Counted from the stretch's first letter, positions 22,509-34,745 are shown. The stretch: DNA of 35,189 bases from Octopus bimaculoides (GCF_001194135.2 NC_068993.1:57465196-57500384), one strand, 5' to 3'. Program-made: numbers and translations. The notes: a model not told the origin generated them from the letters alone.

Positions 22509-22911
22509 NNNNNNNNNNNNNNNNNNNNNNNNNNNNNNNNNNNNNNNNNNNNNNNNNNNNNNNNNNNNNNNNNNNNNNNNNNNNNNNNNNNNNNNNNNNN
22601 NNNNNNNNNNNNNNNNNNNNNNNNNNNNNNNNNNNNNNNNNNNNNNNNNNNNNNNNNNNNNNNNNNNNNNNNNNNNNNNNNNNNNNNNNNNNNNNNNNNN
22701 NNNNNNNNNNNNNNNNNNNNNNNNNNNNNNNNNNNNNNNNNNNNNNNNNNNNNNNNNNNNNNNNNNNNNNNNNNNNNNNNNNNNNNNNNNNNNNNNNNNN
22801 NNNNNNNNNNNNNNNNNNNNNNNNNNNNNNNNNNNNNNNNNNNNNNNNNNNNNNNNNNNNNNNNNNNNNNNNNNNNNNNNNNNNNNNNNNNNNNNNNNNN
22901 NNNNNNNNNNN

Positions 22912-23074
22912 ATATATACGATATACGATATGCTTCTTCCAGTTTCCGTTTACGAAATCCCCACTCACAAGCCTTTGCTCGGCCGAAGCTATAATTTAGA
23001 AGATATTTTCCCAAGGTGTCACGCAGTGGGACTGAACCCAGAACGATGTGATCTCTTACCACACTGCCACGCCT
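22912..23074 (-). mobile_element. SINE family A, 5' half, abutting a gap at its internal (AT)n
   Basis: The reverse complement aggcgtggcagtgtggtaagag...ggttcagtcccactgcgtgacaccttgggaaaatatcttc...cggccgagcaaaggcttgtgagt...gtaaacggaaactggaagaagc aligns to 4674-4801 and 12672-12758. Confidence 0.85.
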
Positions 23075-23529
23075 ACTCCTATGTGTATGCGCATCATAAG
23101 CATTGCATGTGCAAGTCTCGTTTGAAAACTACTATGTATGAGTAACTGTGTGTACGTGACTTTAGTCAAGCATGCGCATATCCAAGTGTGTATCAGTGAT
23201 CATTCATAAACAATATGGAAACTTCGTGTAAAGATGAATGTGTGAGTGCGTGTATGTGTGTGACGGCGTATTTGTTTGTGTTACTAGTTGTTCCCTGGCA
23301 ACCTTTCATGAGGATCAAGTTTTTTGATTAATAGCCGTATCTGGGAAGAAATAAAACCCTTCTTCGGAGCTTAACCCTTTATCAAACATAATCCTTCTGA
23401 CTGCATCCTCCGTTCACCCCTTCCTTGTTTTTTTTTCGGTGTGGGGCGGGAGGCGGGGGAGGTTTCGTTCATCACCAGCAGCAGTAGCAGCTGCAAAGCG
23501 ACCAGGACTACGGAAACCGCTTCTACGAA

Positions 23530-24030
23530 CTACTACTACGACGACGACGACGACGACCACCACCACCAAAACCACCACCACCACCACCGCCGCCGCCGCC
23601 ACCACCACAACCACCANNNNNNNNNNNNNNNNNNNNNNNNNNNNNNNNNNNNNNNNNNNNNNNNNNNNNNNNNNNNNNNNNNNNNNNNNNNNNNNNNNNN
23701 NNNNNNNNNNNNNNNNNNNNNNNNNNNNNNNNNNNNNNNNNNNNNNNNNNNNNNNNNNNNNNNNNNNNNNNNNNNNNNNNNNNNNNNNNNNNNNNNNNNN
23801 NNNNNNNNNNNNNNNNNNNNNNNNNNNNNNNNNNNNNNNNNNNNNNNNNNNNNNNNNNNNNNNNNNNNNNNNNNNNNNNNNNNNNNNNNNNNNNNNNNNN
23901 NNNNNNNCACCACCACCACCGCTACCACCACCATCATCACCACCACCACCACCACCACCACAACTATCACCACCACCACCATCACAACTATCACCACCAG
24001 TAACAACAGCACAAACAACACTACCGCTAC
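23530..24030. repeat. Mixed trinucleotide array (ACT/ACG/ACC/GCC/ATC) spanning a gap
   Basis: Seen directly in the sequence on both sides of 23617-23907. Confidence 0.9.
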
Positions 24031-24307
24031 CGCCATCTATCATGCCAACCGACATCAACAGGATTCTCGCATGCCATCAAAGAAACATGTCAGTATTGGT
24101 TCGACCTCGTAGAAGCAGCAGCTAAATCCCGCTCCAATTTATACCCAGCAGTCTTAAATAAGGTCAAGGTGACATTTGATAATGTAGTCGTATAAATTCC
24201 TAAAAATGGACATTATGGTCACGGATGGAAGGATCGTGTCCCTTTTTCTGCTTGATCAAGGCTGACCAGTGTTAAACAGTAACTATCATCACCACCGACC
24301 GCACCTA

Positions 24308-24308
24308 A

Positions 24309-24374
<66 letters not shown>

Positions 24375-24442
24375 ACTACTACTACTACTAATAAAAATAA
24401 TAATAGTAATAATAATAATAACAATAACAATAATAATAATAA
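24308..24442. repeat. (ACT)n-(GCT)n-(ACT)n-(AAT)n array
   Basis: Seen directly. The AAT part is probably the 3' tail of the adjacent minus-strand SINE. Confidence 0.9.
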
Positions 24443-24602
24443 TCTTTTCTAATCTCGGCACAAGGCCCGTAACTTTTGGGGGAGGGAGTCATTCGATTAG
24501 ATCACCCCAGTACTCAACTGGTACTTAATTTATCGACCCCGAAAGAATGAAGGCAAAGTCGACCCTGGCAGAATATGAACTCAGAATGTAGAGACAGACG
24601 AA
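24443..24602 (-). mobile_element. SINE family B, 5'-truncated, with intact 3' end
   Basis: The reverse complement ...ttctgagttcatattctgccagggtcgactttgccttcattctttcggggtcgataaattaagtaccagttgagtactgggg...gggccttgtgccgagattagaaaag aligns to 14750-14900. Confidence 0.85.
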
Positions 24603-24616
24603 TAATAATAATGATG

Positions 24617-24668
<52 letters not shown>

Positions 24669-24699
24669 CACCACCACTACTAATACAAACATCATTTCG

Positions 24700-24735
<36 letters not shown>

Positions 24736-24755
24736 GCTACTGCTGCTGCTGCTGA
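24601..24755. repeat. (AAT)n then (ACT)n-(GCT)n array
   Basis: Seen directly in the sequence. Confidence 0.9.
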
Positions 24756-26476
24756 CATAGTGTCACCGCCGCCAGCTTTACCACTCATAATTTCCCTACC
24801 AAAGTAAAAACCCAACAACCATTGCCACAAACCAAACATCTCCCCAATGCCACCTGAATCCTTTATTTGTGGACCCTAGTCTCTTTTCTTACTCATGGCT
24901 CTTTTTCTCGCCTGCCCCAACATATTCCACAATCAAGACAAATATTTGCTAAAGAGAGATATTTCTCCTTTATCAGAATATTTCCTACAACATCCAGAGT
25001 TAACCTGCTACAGAAGAAGCATCCACTTGTTTGCTAGTGTGTTAGATATTTGCCAGATTCCCGTAGCTATCATCTTACAGCAATGAGAACAGAAGATACT
25101 TTCAAATATGCCAAACAACACAAAAGAAGGAACTGAACAAGACAATAAAAAAAAGGAAAAAAAAATAAAAAGAAGAAGAAGATGGTTACATTTAGAAAGC
25201 CTTTGATTGCACTTCTGTCAAATCAGAAGTAACCTGGTGCCGAACATTTAAGCAACGAATGTCTTAATATTTTTTTTTCTTTCGTTGCTGTCTTCTTGGA
25301 GTTCCTTTCACTTTTTTTCATAAATCCTCACGCTGTCAATAAGAGATTTATACGCTATCAAAGAATCCAAATGGTGTCAAGAAGACACGCTGTCTGCATT
25401 ATGACACAGAGACAGCCGCATAAGTAGATAGAAAGGAACTCAGACCGAAAGCAAGCTAAATAGAAAGATTGACCGACGTTTGCGTGGATATGTGGATAGC
25501 TAGATAGATAAATAACGTCATGTTCTCACATATATACACAAATAAACGGGCTGAAACACACATAGACGAAGGCTCACATTAACTCTTAGAGCCACGTATA
25601 CAGAAATATAAAATAGTTAAGAGGCTTGACATATGTGTAAGCAAAATGATAAACCTAAAGCCAAAGAAACCAAATCATATAGTATATCCAAGAATTATCT
25701 CTGTCAACTGGAACGTTAGGCGCATGAAAAGAAATAATAACATTCAAAGTTAACAGCTGACATATAGATCCCCCCATAGTAAATTCTCTCGAAGATTTAT
25801 GAACGCACGAATATTGATAATTGTTATCAATAAGATTTGCAATTCAGTTAGTAAAACGGACAGTAGCGAAATATTGCCTAAGTAGGTATTTTATCAATAC
25901 ACATTCGTGCACATTCAGTGAACACGTAGACATTCACATATACGTACATGACACACGACAAACATCCACTCATCCACCTACGCACTCATACAGATTGATA
26001 AATGAATTAAACGCACAACATTATTTCAGTATAAGTTGTGTATCTTTATTCAAGAAGATGCTTCCGCTCCGATCAGAGGTTTACTCCCTAATTCCAATAT
26101 ATATATATGCTGGGGTTAGGGAAGAAGGATAAGTAAACCTCTGATCGGGGCGGAAGTATATATATATATATACATATACATACAAAGAGAGAGGAGGAGA
26201 GACGTGTGTGTGTGTTAACATCTGTGCAACCTTATTCATTTTATTCTACACACACGTCAGTTCAGCCTGTTGCATGGCACCTCATTCTGTTGTTCTTTCT
26301 GTGTTAGTCCTAAATCTTGTTTAAAAATCAATTATTAACACAATCACTGTAGTCCTGCACACATGTATACTCGCTACACACACACAATCCACGTACGCAC
26401 ACACACACACACACACACACAGACACACACACACACACACATATTGTCATATATGGTATTAGTAGACGAAGCAACA

Positions 26477-26631
26477 AATCCCAGTGCTCAAAATGGTATT
26501 TATCTTATCGACCCTGAATATATGAAAGGAAAAGTCGACTAAGGCGGAATTTGAACTCACAACTTACAGACGCACGAAATGCCGCTAATCATTTTGCCCG
26601 GTGTGCTAACGATTCTGCTAGCTCACCGTCT
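26477..26631 (-). mobile_element. SINE family B, 3'-truncated
   Basis: The reverse complement gacggtgagctagcagaatcgttagcacaccgggcaaaatgattagcggcatttcg...gagttcaaattccgccttagtcgacttttcctttca...gggtcgataag aligns to 14696-14840. Confidence 0.85.
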
Positions 26632-28567
26632 CCTTACCCCAGCATATCACATACTACATACGCGCACATATGTAAATGGATGCATATATCCAATCGTATA
26701 AACCTAGAATCTAGATGCAATGCAACGATGTTGTCATGTCTGAAGATTGATTTTTCAAGTGGAAATTCGAAGGTCGATGAGGTGTTGGCCGAAAGCGAAA
26801 GTGTTTGTTCACAAACCTCTAGCCTTCTTCCGCCACACAACCTATTTCGCCATAACAGCAAGACAGGAAATACCGTCTGTCTGCCTTGATAAAAATGGAT
26901 GAGGAACGATCTTCGCTATGGATTCCTTTGATAGTCAGATTCGTCTCAAACGCGATAACATTTGTTCGGCAAAACTCCCCAGCTCAGCAATATTCGGACA
27001 CTGCGGGATTGCAGGCAGCATGACTCAATGACTTCGACGCTCTGCGTGCATCTTAGAGACACCCGCCTAGCAGCACTTCTGTACCTAATCACATTAAAAA
27101 TTATATATATAACACGAATAAATATATGAAATGGGGCATGGAATTACGTCTCATCATAAAAACTGTTAATTCACCCATTCTATTCACATCTATTCACATT
27201 GATGAATAAAATAATGAATAGAGGGCAATAGAATCGGCTATAATGCTTGAAACATGGGCCCTGACATGGTGGCCGTCGCATTATTGGTAACAGTAGAAGA
27301 GTAAAACGCAGTTGGAATGTATGCTGGAATCTATATCTTCACCTGAAGTCGTCAGTCATTTTGGCCAAGTTCTGTCATGGTAAGATTAAATCAGTATCTG
27401 GTGTTCGGAGGAATTATTTTTCTCTATTATGCGGTACGTTCTTTATATCTTCGGTCAGCCTTCAAAATACAATTCTGGCTGTGACCCTCCATGTGTTTAT
27501 TTCATGTATATTTCTTGTATTTAACAATGCGACTATATCAGTTTACCATCACTTCATTTCTTGCAAACAGAAGTGAGTCATGCTCGACTTTTACCCTTGG
27601 AATATTTAATCTTCCTCTGAAGATTGATTTTGAAAATAAACTCTAATTAACCTCGAAGCAGAAATTCTTGAAATAATACATCTACAGTAAAATGAAAAGG
27701 AAAGGTGCGAATAAAGGACACATCACAGGTGAACTCAATCTCATTTCGAATCACATGTAACACATGCACGGAGCTTTTCATCACCATGTTTAGCTTATCA
27801 ACAGTGTTAAAAGGAATTAAAATGATACCTTGCCAAATACTAGAATCTCTCAACACCTAGTAAATGGCAGAACCTTTTCTATGGTCGGGAATTACGTTTC
27901 AATTTTACTGAACATTTCAGCATACTTCACTGTTTTACTTCACCCATTTTCCTACCATTTTATCACGTTACCCTACAGTAAAACGTTACGCAATTTTGGT
28001 TTTAAAATCAGTAATGTCTACTTCTCAAATATTAAAATTATAATTTGATAGTGCTTAAAATCACCAATGTCACACCCCGACATTGCAAAATATACAGTTT
28101 TATAGTAACCGTTTCGTATCTTGCTATAACACTAATATTTTCCCACTCTTAATACAAAATAATTGTTAAGAGATTGAAAACGTTGCCTGTTTTGAACCAT
28201 TCCCTCTCGTTTGAGCGAAAGTATTTAAGATGAAATACACCTCGGGGAACTTCATTTTTCTTGAGAATCTAAATCGACTGTAATCTCTGTTAATACTCGT
28301 TGCTATGTAATTAAAGACGACGGAGGACTTTTGAGGTGCAATCCACGTCATGTCCTTTCAAAATTACACTCAATGCAAATTACATTAGAAGTTTATTCAA
28401 TAAGGGTTTGCGATGAATTATAAATGTAAACGAACGGCACATAAATGGATGAAACGCGTATTTAAATGTAGGACCAGTAAATAATTGGAAATGCATAAAA
28501 GCTAGCATGACTTATTTCTTGATTAACAAAATCTAATGTAAATGTTTCGAAATGCACCAGTCGGGAA

Positions 28568-28584
28568 CTCTCTCTCTCTCTCTG

Positions 28585-28643
<59 letters not shown>

Positions 28644-28680
28644 TTATCTATCTATCTGTCTTTTCATCTATCTGTCTCAC
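28568..28680. repeat. (CT)n-(TCTA)n microsatellite
   Basis: Seen directly in the sequence. Confidence 0.95.
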
Positions 28681-29368
28681 ACACCGTTCTATTTTGCCTC
28701 TTCAGACAACGAAATACGAAAAAAATGTTTGTTCTTAACGGTTAGAACATCGAAAATACGCTTATTCTAATAAACGTCTTGTTGCTGCCTTCTTCCACTC
28801 ACACATACATCACGTACCAAAATTTCTTTCTAATATACGAAGTAGCAAAGAAAATCTTAGGCGCAGCTTCACCCATGTTTTGACCGAAAATTTGCTGCAC
28901 TTAGACAGCAATCTATAATCGAACATTTTAAACTGCCATCGGCGAAGGACCAATAGAAATATAATTAAACTCCGCGATATAACAATCACCATCCTCCTTC
29001 TGTCAATCTCCCCTCCATTATCCCCCGCTTCTTTATCAGTGTCTCCTTTCATATATTCCGCTCTCTTTCTTCTCTGTTCTTTCTATCCCCCACTTTCTCT
29101 CTCTCTCTGTCTGTCTTATATAATTTTGTTAATACTCTCTGTATATTTGACGAACATCTAGCACTGTTAAATACTACTATATATTATATGTATAAATATT
29201 TCGAGTCGTTGAATGATCGAAATGAAGAGTATATAGGCAGCCGACAACTGTTGCAGGGTCGTTCTTTGTGTTAATTGTCATGTTTTCCACTTTTTTCTCT
29301 CGCTGTTTGCGTATTTACCTCATTGGTTTTCGTACTTCATGTTGTTTACTGTTGGTGACGTCCTGTAT

Positions 29369-29370
<2 letters not shown>

Positions 29371-29399
<29 letters not shown>

Positions 29400-29770
29400 N
29401 NNNNNNNNNNNNNNNNNNNNNNNNNNNNNNNNNNNNNNNNNNNNNNNNNNNNNNNNNNNNNNNNNNNNNNNNNNNNNNNNNNNNNNNNNNNNNNNNNNNN
29501 NNNNNNNNNNNNNNNNNNNNNNNNNNNTGTGTGTGTGTGTGTGTGTGTGTGTAGATAGATAGGTAGATAGATAGATAGATAGATAGATACGTAGATAAAT
29601 AAATAGATAGATGTGTGTATGCGTGGGTGGGCGCGCGCGTGTGTATGTCATTTTGTGAGGCTGCGTGCTTCGTTTATGCGTGTGTGTGCCTATATGTGCT
29701 CCCGTGTGTGTGTTTGTGTCTGTGTGTGTGTGTCTGTGTGTGTGCGTGCGTGTGTGCGTGTGTGTGTGCG
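29371..29770. repeat. (AT)n-gap-(TG)n-(GATA)n and degenerate (TG)n
   Basis: Seen directly in the sequence. Confidence 0.9.
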
Positions 29771-30348
29771 GTGTTTTTAGCATTTAATATATTTTAGAAA
29801 CTACGATATAGATTATAGTTAGACGGAAACCAGTTTTGTTTGAAAGATTAAAAATACCATAAAATAAGCATTGATTTTTCTTTCTTTGATACGAAAGGAT
29901 AAATCCGTATCTGTTCCTCGGCTTTTGTTGTTTCTACAATCTTACTCTTTGTTGATGTTACTCTGCTGTTTTTTTGTTGTTGAAGTGTTGCCCTTATTAC
30001 TCTCTTTGCATACGATTACTTTGATGCTAATCACATTGTTGTTGTTTCGAACTGTTCAATAAGATCTATGATTCCAAGACTCCCAGCCAATGCGTCTTAT
30101 CTTTTTGTACATCTAATAGTACATGTTCCTCATTATGCTGAATTTTAAAAAAATATAGAGCATAAATTTTGATCGCCATCGTCGCGGCATTTTCTTAGCA
30201 ATTCGATTGAACGCGGAAATGTAATCTTGGTTTGGTTTGATGATCTAGTTGCTAGCTGTTGTTGTTCTTGTTATTGGAGCATTTGTTGTATCGATGTTGT
30301 TGCTGTTGTTCTTGAAAAATGTCCACGCTTTCTTCATTTCATTTCCAG

Positions 30349-30459
30349 GTTTGATGATGTTTCCGGCAATCTGTCTTTTCGATATTTCGTGGCGAGTTTG
30401 ACTGAGTTTAATAAAATTCATTTATATTCAAACGTACTCACATTAATGGTCATATATCG
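30349..30459 (+). CDS. Candidate internal exon of an unidentified gene (111 nt, phase 2-2)
   Basis: Strong acceptor ctttcttcatttcatttccag|G and strong donor TCG|gtaagt. The length is a multiple of 3 and one frame is open: FDDVSGNLSFRYFVASLTEFNKIHLYSNVLTLMVIY. No family is confidently recognised. Confidence 0.35.
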
Positions 30460-30464
30460 GTAAG

Positions 30465-30870
30465 TGTGTATGTATGTTTGCGTTGTGTGAGTGTGTGTCT
30501 GTGTGTTTGCGTTGTGTGAGTGTGTGTCTGTGTGTCTGTATGCACGTATGGGTGGATGTAAGTATACATATATGTATGTACGTGTGTATGCATGGATGTG
30601 TATGTATGTGTATATATTTATATATATATATATATATTAAGTATATATACATATGCCTGTCCATCTAAATGTATATCCATAAACATGTGTGCTTGTACGT
30701 CTGTTTTTGTGTGTGAATATATGCCTCAGTGTCAATGTGTGTGTGTATGTGTGTATGTGTGTCTATAATGTGTATAGTTTTATGTGTGTGTGTATATGTA
30801 TGTATGTATATATGTGAACATATAGATATACAAAGTGAGAGGGAAAGAGAGGAGGAGAGAGAGAGAGAGA
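30465..30870. repeat. Degenerate (TG)/(TA)/(AG) low-complexity tract, including a perfect 29-bp tandem pair at 30475-30532
   Basis: tgtttgcgttgtgtgagtgtgtgtctgtg occurs twice; the rest is decayed dinucleotide repeat. Confidence 0.85.
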
Positions 30871-31432
30871 CAAAGAGAAATCTTGATAACAGTTCGTTCT
30901 CAATTCTCATATCCGTTTGTTAGCGGTGGTTTTATTGGAGGCGATCGCCAGAAAGGGAGATAATTGTGAAGTAGAAACGACGTAAATATATACTAACACA
31001 AACATATTTGTGCATACAAACATGATTCACTCACCCACATACATGTAAAGGTATTACTGACTACATATATACTCAAAGCTGCGTACTACGCACTGAGGCA
31101 CACTTACACAACACACACACACACACACAGAGCGAAGAACAAATTGTTGAGAGATCAAATTAAAATTGACAGCTGACCAAGAAAATAAATAGTGAAATAA
31201 TGTTAGAGGGTTTAGCGGTGAGATATAGACAAATATAACTCAGAAGCTTATATACATATTCAATCACGAAAGCTCTGTGTGTGTGTATGTGTGTTTTATA
31301 CATATATGTGATTAATTATCTATAAACATATATGCGTGTGTATATCTTGTGATTCTTTGTAGAAAGATAAATCAGTGACACATACAAATTACACTAATAT
31401 AATATAATATATATGTTAATGTTTGTATGTAA

Positions 31433-31488
<56 letters not shown>

Positions 31489-31673
31489 TTCGGTGCCATT
31501 ATGCAAAAGTGTCGTAAATCCTAAGCGTTGCTTTTTTTCAGAAATCGGAAAGAATAGGTTCACCATTCCATAGCAAAATCGCTGTACTACCTTTAGACAA
31601 GTTTTGACATCTTGGAATCTGAAGCAGATGGAGATATGATACTGTGACAAAAAGAACCAACTATTGCAAACAA

Positions 31674-31709
31674 ATATTGATCATGTCTCATGCATATTGA
31701 TCATGTCTC
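31674..31709. repeat. 16-bp direct repeat with 20-bp period
   Basis: atattgatcatgtctc at 31674 and 31694. Confidence 0.85.
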
Positions 31710-31993
31710 TCTGTCTGCCCCTCCGTCCGTCCGTCCGTTTGTCTGTCTCTGTTTGTCTATCTATCTATCTATCTATCTATCTGTCTGTCTATCTATCATA
31801 GAAATGTATAAATTCAATTGTAACTGCAGCTGGGCGTTTGTCCAGCGATTCAGCTTCTACGCCGCTTCGATCCTCAGTTTAAATCTCCTGACTGTTTTGA
31901 CCGAAGACGTCAGTGGGAAACAAATTGTCAGCGTCAATTTCAGTAGAATAAACCCATATCCTCTCACAAAATTACTTCTGTCTCAATCGCTCG

Positions 31994-31994
<1 letters not shown>

Positions 31995-32045
<51 letters not shown>

Positions 32046-32106
32046 NNNNNNNNNNACACACACACACACTCGCACGCACGCACACACACACACACAAACA
32101 CACACA
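31995..32106. repeat. (CA)n microsatellite with a 10-N gap
   Basis: Seen directly in the sequence. Confidence 0.95.
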
Positions 32107-32828
32107 TGGACTGTGTACATACGGAATCATCTCATGGAAATGTTATCGTGAATAACTAAGATATACACGCACGAACCAAGTTATTTTTTATTCTTTACTC
32201 GCTGGAAAAACTAATACTAATTAACTAAATTTGTGCTCTTAATATCTCCATTTCCCCCAATATATATTAGTACAGTATCTTCTTAAAAACTACAATGATT
32301 ATCTAATTGTGTGTAATATGAAATCCCAAAAGAACATATCGCGTATTATAATTTCCGCATTCATGTTCAAATATTATTACGGGCTTAATTGATAATAATG
32401 TTACAATGTTTTCCCACATAATGAAGCTTTTGTTCATTTCCCAAGAATATGATTATACGATAATTCAATCAGTCGTAATATCGGTACCTTTTTGCAAAAT
32501 TTGGTTTACAAAAAGCACATTTAAGCGCCTTAATTCCCCACACCCACAAAATGGATGTTTTCCTTCGTTTATTTAATAAATTCTCATAGATACGCATAAT
32601 TATATATCCATGTTTAGCCATGTGTACCAACAAGCACGTGAAGCCTCGTTAACTTGTCCATGTATACACAAGAACGCAGTTGGAAAAGTTTTAAACAAAT
32701 ACACAGGCGCAGAAACATGACGGACGTAGCATGCAGATAAAGAGAAGAAATCCATCACGAATCAAATTATAGATAAATACCGAAAAAAGAAAGGAAATAT
32801 CTGATCAATATGGTGCTATTTAAGAAGC

Positions 32829-33176
32829 AATATATGAAAGTATGATAAGGAATATTAGGCTGAAGAACCATCATAATGTGAAATTAATAGTTACAATGTA
32901 AGGATGGAAAATAGGCAAATACATATATAAGGTAAACATGCCCTTCCGCCATGAATGATCATGGGATTGCGCCTAGAAAATTCCCCTCTGAGGCACAAGC
33001 CCGGGAAATATATGAACGTATAATAAGGAATATTAGGGTTTCGGAACCATCATAAGATGAAATTAATAGTTACAATGCAAGGGTGGAAAATACCCACATA
33101 CATAATAAGCTAAGGGGTAAAAACTCCCTTCCGTCATGAGTGAGAATAGGATTGCACCTAGACAGTTCACCACCGA
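32829..33176. repeat. Diverged tandem duplication, ~178-bp unit, two copies
   Basis: aatatatgaa.gtat.ataaggaatattagg...aaccatcataa..tgaaattaatagttacaatg.aagg.tggaaaata...cccttccg.catga.tga...ggattgc.cctaga starts at 32829 and again at 33007. Confidence 0.9.
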
Positions 33177-33780
33177 GTGGTGTTGACGTAATCGACTTTC
33201 TACCTACCTCGGAGCTGCTGGCTTTTACCAAAATTCATAACCAATATTGTAAAATAAATGTTGATAGAAATTAAAAGCACATTTCTGTGACAGAAAAATG
33301 ACAGGTTCATCGAGGGATCGAACACAGGTATTTAAACAGTATTGCTATATCTCTACTAGATAATCGTTTGGTCATTTATTACTAGCAGTATCGTCTATAC
33401 TATTAATGCCAATATAGCTTTCTTTCCGATGAGAAATGACCAAATAAATCAAATTTGATTGAATTAACTATCAAGCAGAGTAAGTAATATATTAAAATCG
33501 ACACAAGCCTCTTTGGAGTCTGTTCCTAAGTAATATGTTATATGTAATATATTATCTGTAAACTGGTTAGAGAAAATAAAAGAGTAACAGATCCATTAAA
33601 GGGGCGCAATCCGAGTACATAAATAGCTTGTCGGAATATATTAGAGATTTGTTAACATTATTCGTCGTCTGTCTTGTTAATGTCAATTGTTTCCACCATT
33701 TTTACTGAATTATTTTATATTCGTAATCAGTGTCTCTCTCTCTTTTCGTTAGCATTTAACTATAGAGTTCCGTAGTGGAC

Positions 33781-33865
33781 GCAGGCATGACTCAGTAGTC
33801 AAAAAATCCGGACAGAATTTCGAGGAATCGGTTCGACTTCACTCCCTGCTATTTTAGACAAATTT
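33781..33865 (+). mobile_element. Possible highly diverged family A SINE head
   Basis: gcaggcatgactcagtagtcaaaaa resembles 4675-4700, and ggttcgacttcactccctgctattttagacaaat resembles the B-box plus CORE start. Similarity is patchy. Confidence 0.35.
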
Positions 33866-34587
33866 GATTTGTTACATTATCAGTTCGGCTCCGCCTCCTC
33901 ATCGTCCTACACCTTATCACAACGAAAAAGAAGAACTACACCTTCAATTTTACATGTGGTTTCACATGAAACTTTACTGCATCCGCCATATTTCCATATT
34001 TCTACGCTAGTGTTGTCCAGTGGTATATTAAAATTTCATTCTAAAACAATGGCAATGTTTATATCCTGTTCAATGTGGTTGTAAGACAAGAACGTCCTGT
34101 ACTGTGGTAAGAGCCCTCATACATCGTTAGCGTATGTTTGCTAAAGATATGTATGAGTTCTTAGAACCGTGCGTCGGTTCTAGAGGTTCTCTCAAGACGA
34201 AAACCGCGGTATTCTGGGGTTCAGGTAATACATCCGCATTGAGCTTGAAATAAAGGTTAACATTCGGCGTTAGCACTGCTTCCGCCGTCGACAAATTGAT
34301 GCTTTCTGGGAAACACTAAGCGTTGACTCAGACCAAACAGAGGCTTTTAAGAAACTTCCTGCTTGGCAATGATACTGGGAAGTATTGCCATTTCCTCTAC
34401 AGGTACAATAGTGTCGTCAACCTTTGTGACAGAAAAGAAACTAGTCGTGCATGCATACTTTCCGTGTCCGTGAATTATTGAATTTCGTCAGACAGCTGTG
34501 CCTACGTCTATGACATGTCCGGTTGTTAATTGAGCCCATGGTGACGGACACACTGCAACTGTCCTCAAATTAGGGTTACACTTGGAA

Positions 34588-34745
34588 ATAAAGATGAAGG
34601 TGGAGAGGAACGGTGAGAGGAGGAGGGAGAGTTTCAAAGAGATAGGTGGAGAGAGAGAGAGAGAGCGAGGGAGAGTAGGAGTGAGAGAGGATAGAGTTAG
34701 AGAGTAGGAGGGAGAGGGAGAGTAGGAAAGAGAGGGAAAAAGATA
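34588..34745 (+). repeat. Polypurine (GA-rich) low-complexity tract
   Basis: About 150 nt of mostly G and A, with gagagtagga recurring three times. Confidence 0.85.

Noticed and set aside
405-23062. Long ORFs in the track that are mostly X (e.g. 405-941, 3025-4194, 4728-5266, 13001-13855, 22344-23062)
   Set aside because: They are open only because N runs contain no stop codons; the flanks are microsatellite translations.
26700-27060. GC-elevated segment that might be a LINE RT relic or an exon
   Set aside because: No convincing RT motif in any frame, and frames are interrupted by stops on both strands; left unassigned.
32829-33176. CRISPR-like or other prokaryotic repeat system
   Set aside because: There are only two long diverged units with no spacers and no cas-like ORFs. 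The window is eukaryotic and shows no operon-like coding density.
33440-33486. Donor CAGA|gtaagt with upstream pyrimidine-rich acceptors
   Set aside because: All frames contain stops. It shows that consensus splice signals arise by chance in this DNA.
34156-34192. Heat-shock element (TTC/GAA cluster)
   Set aside because: Spacing does not fit three alternating nGAAn units.
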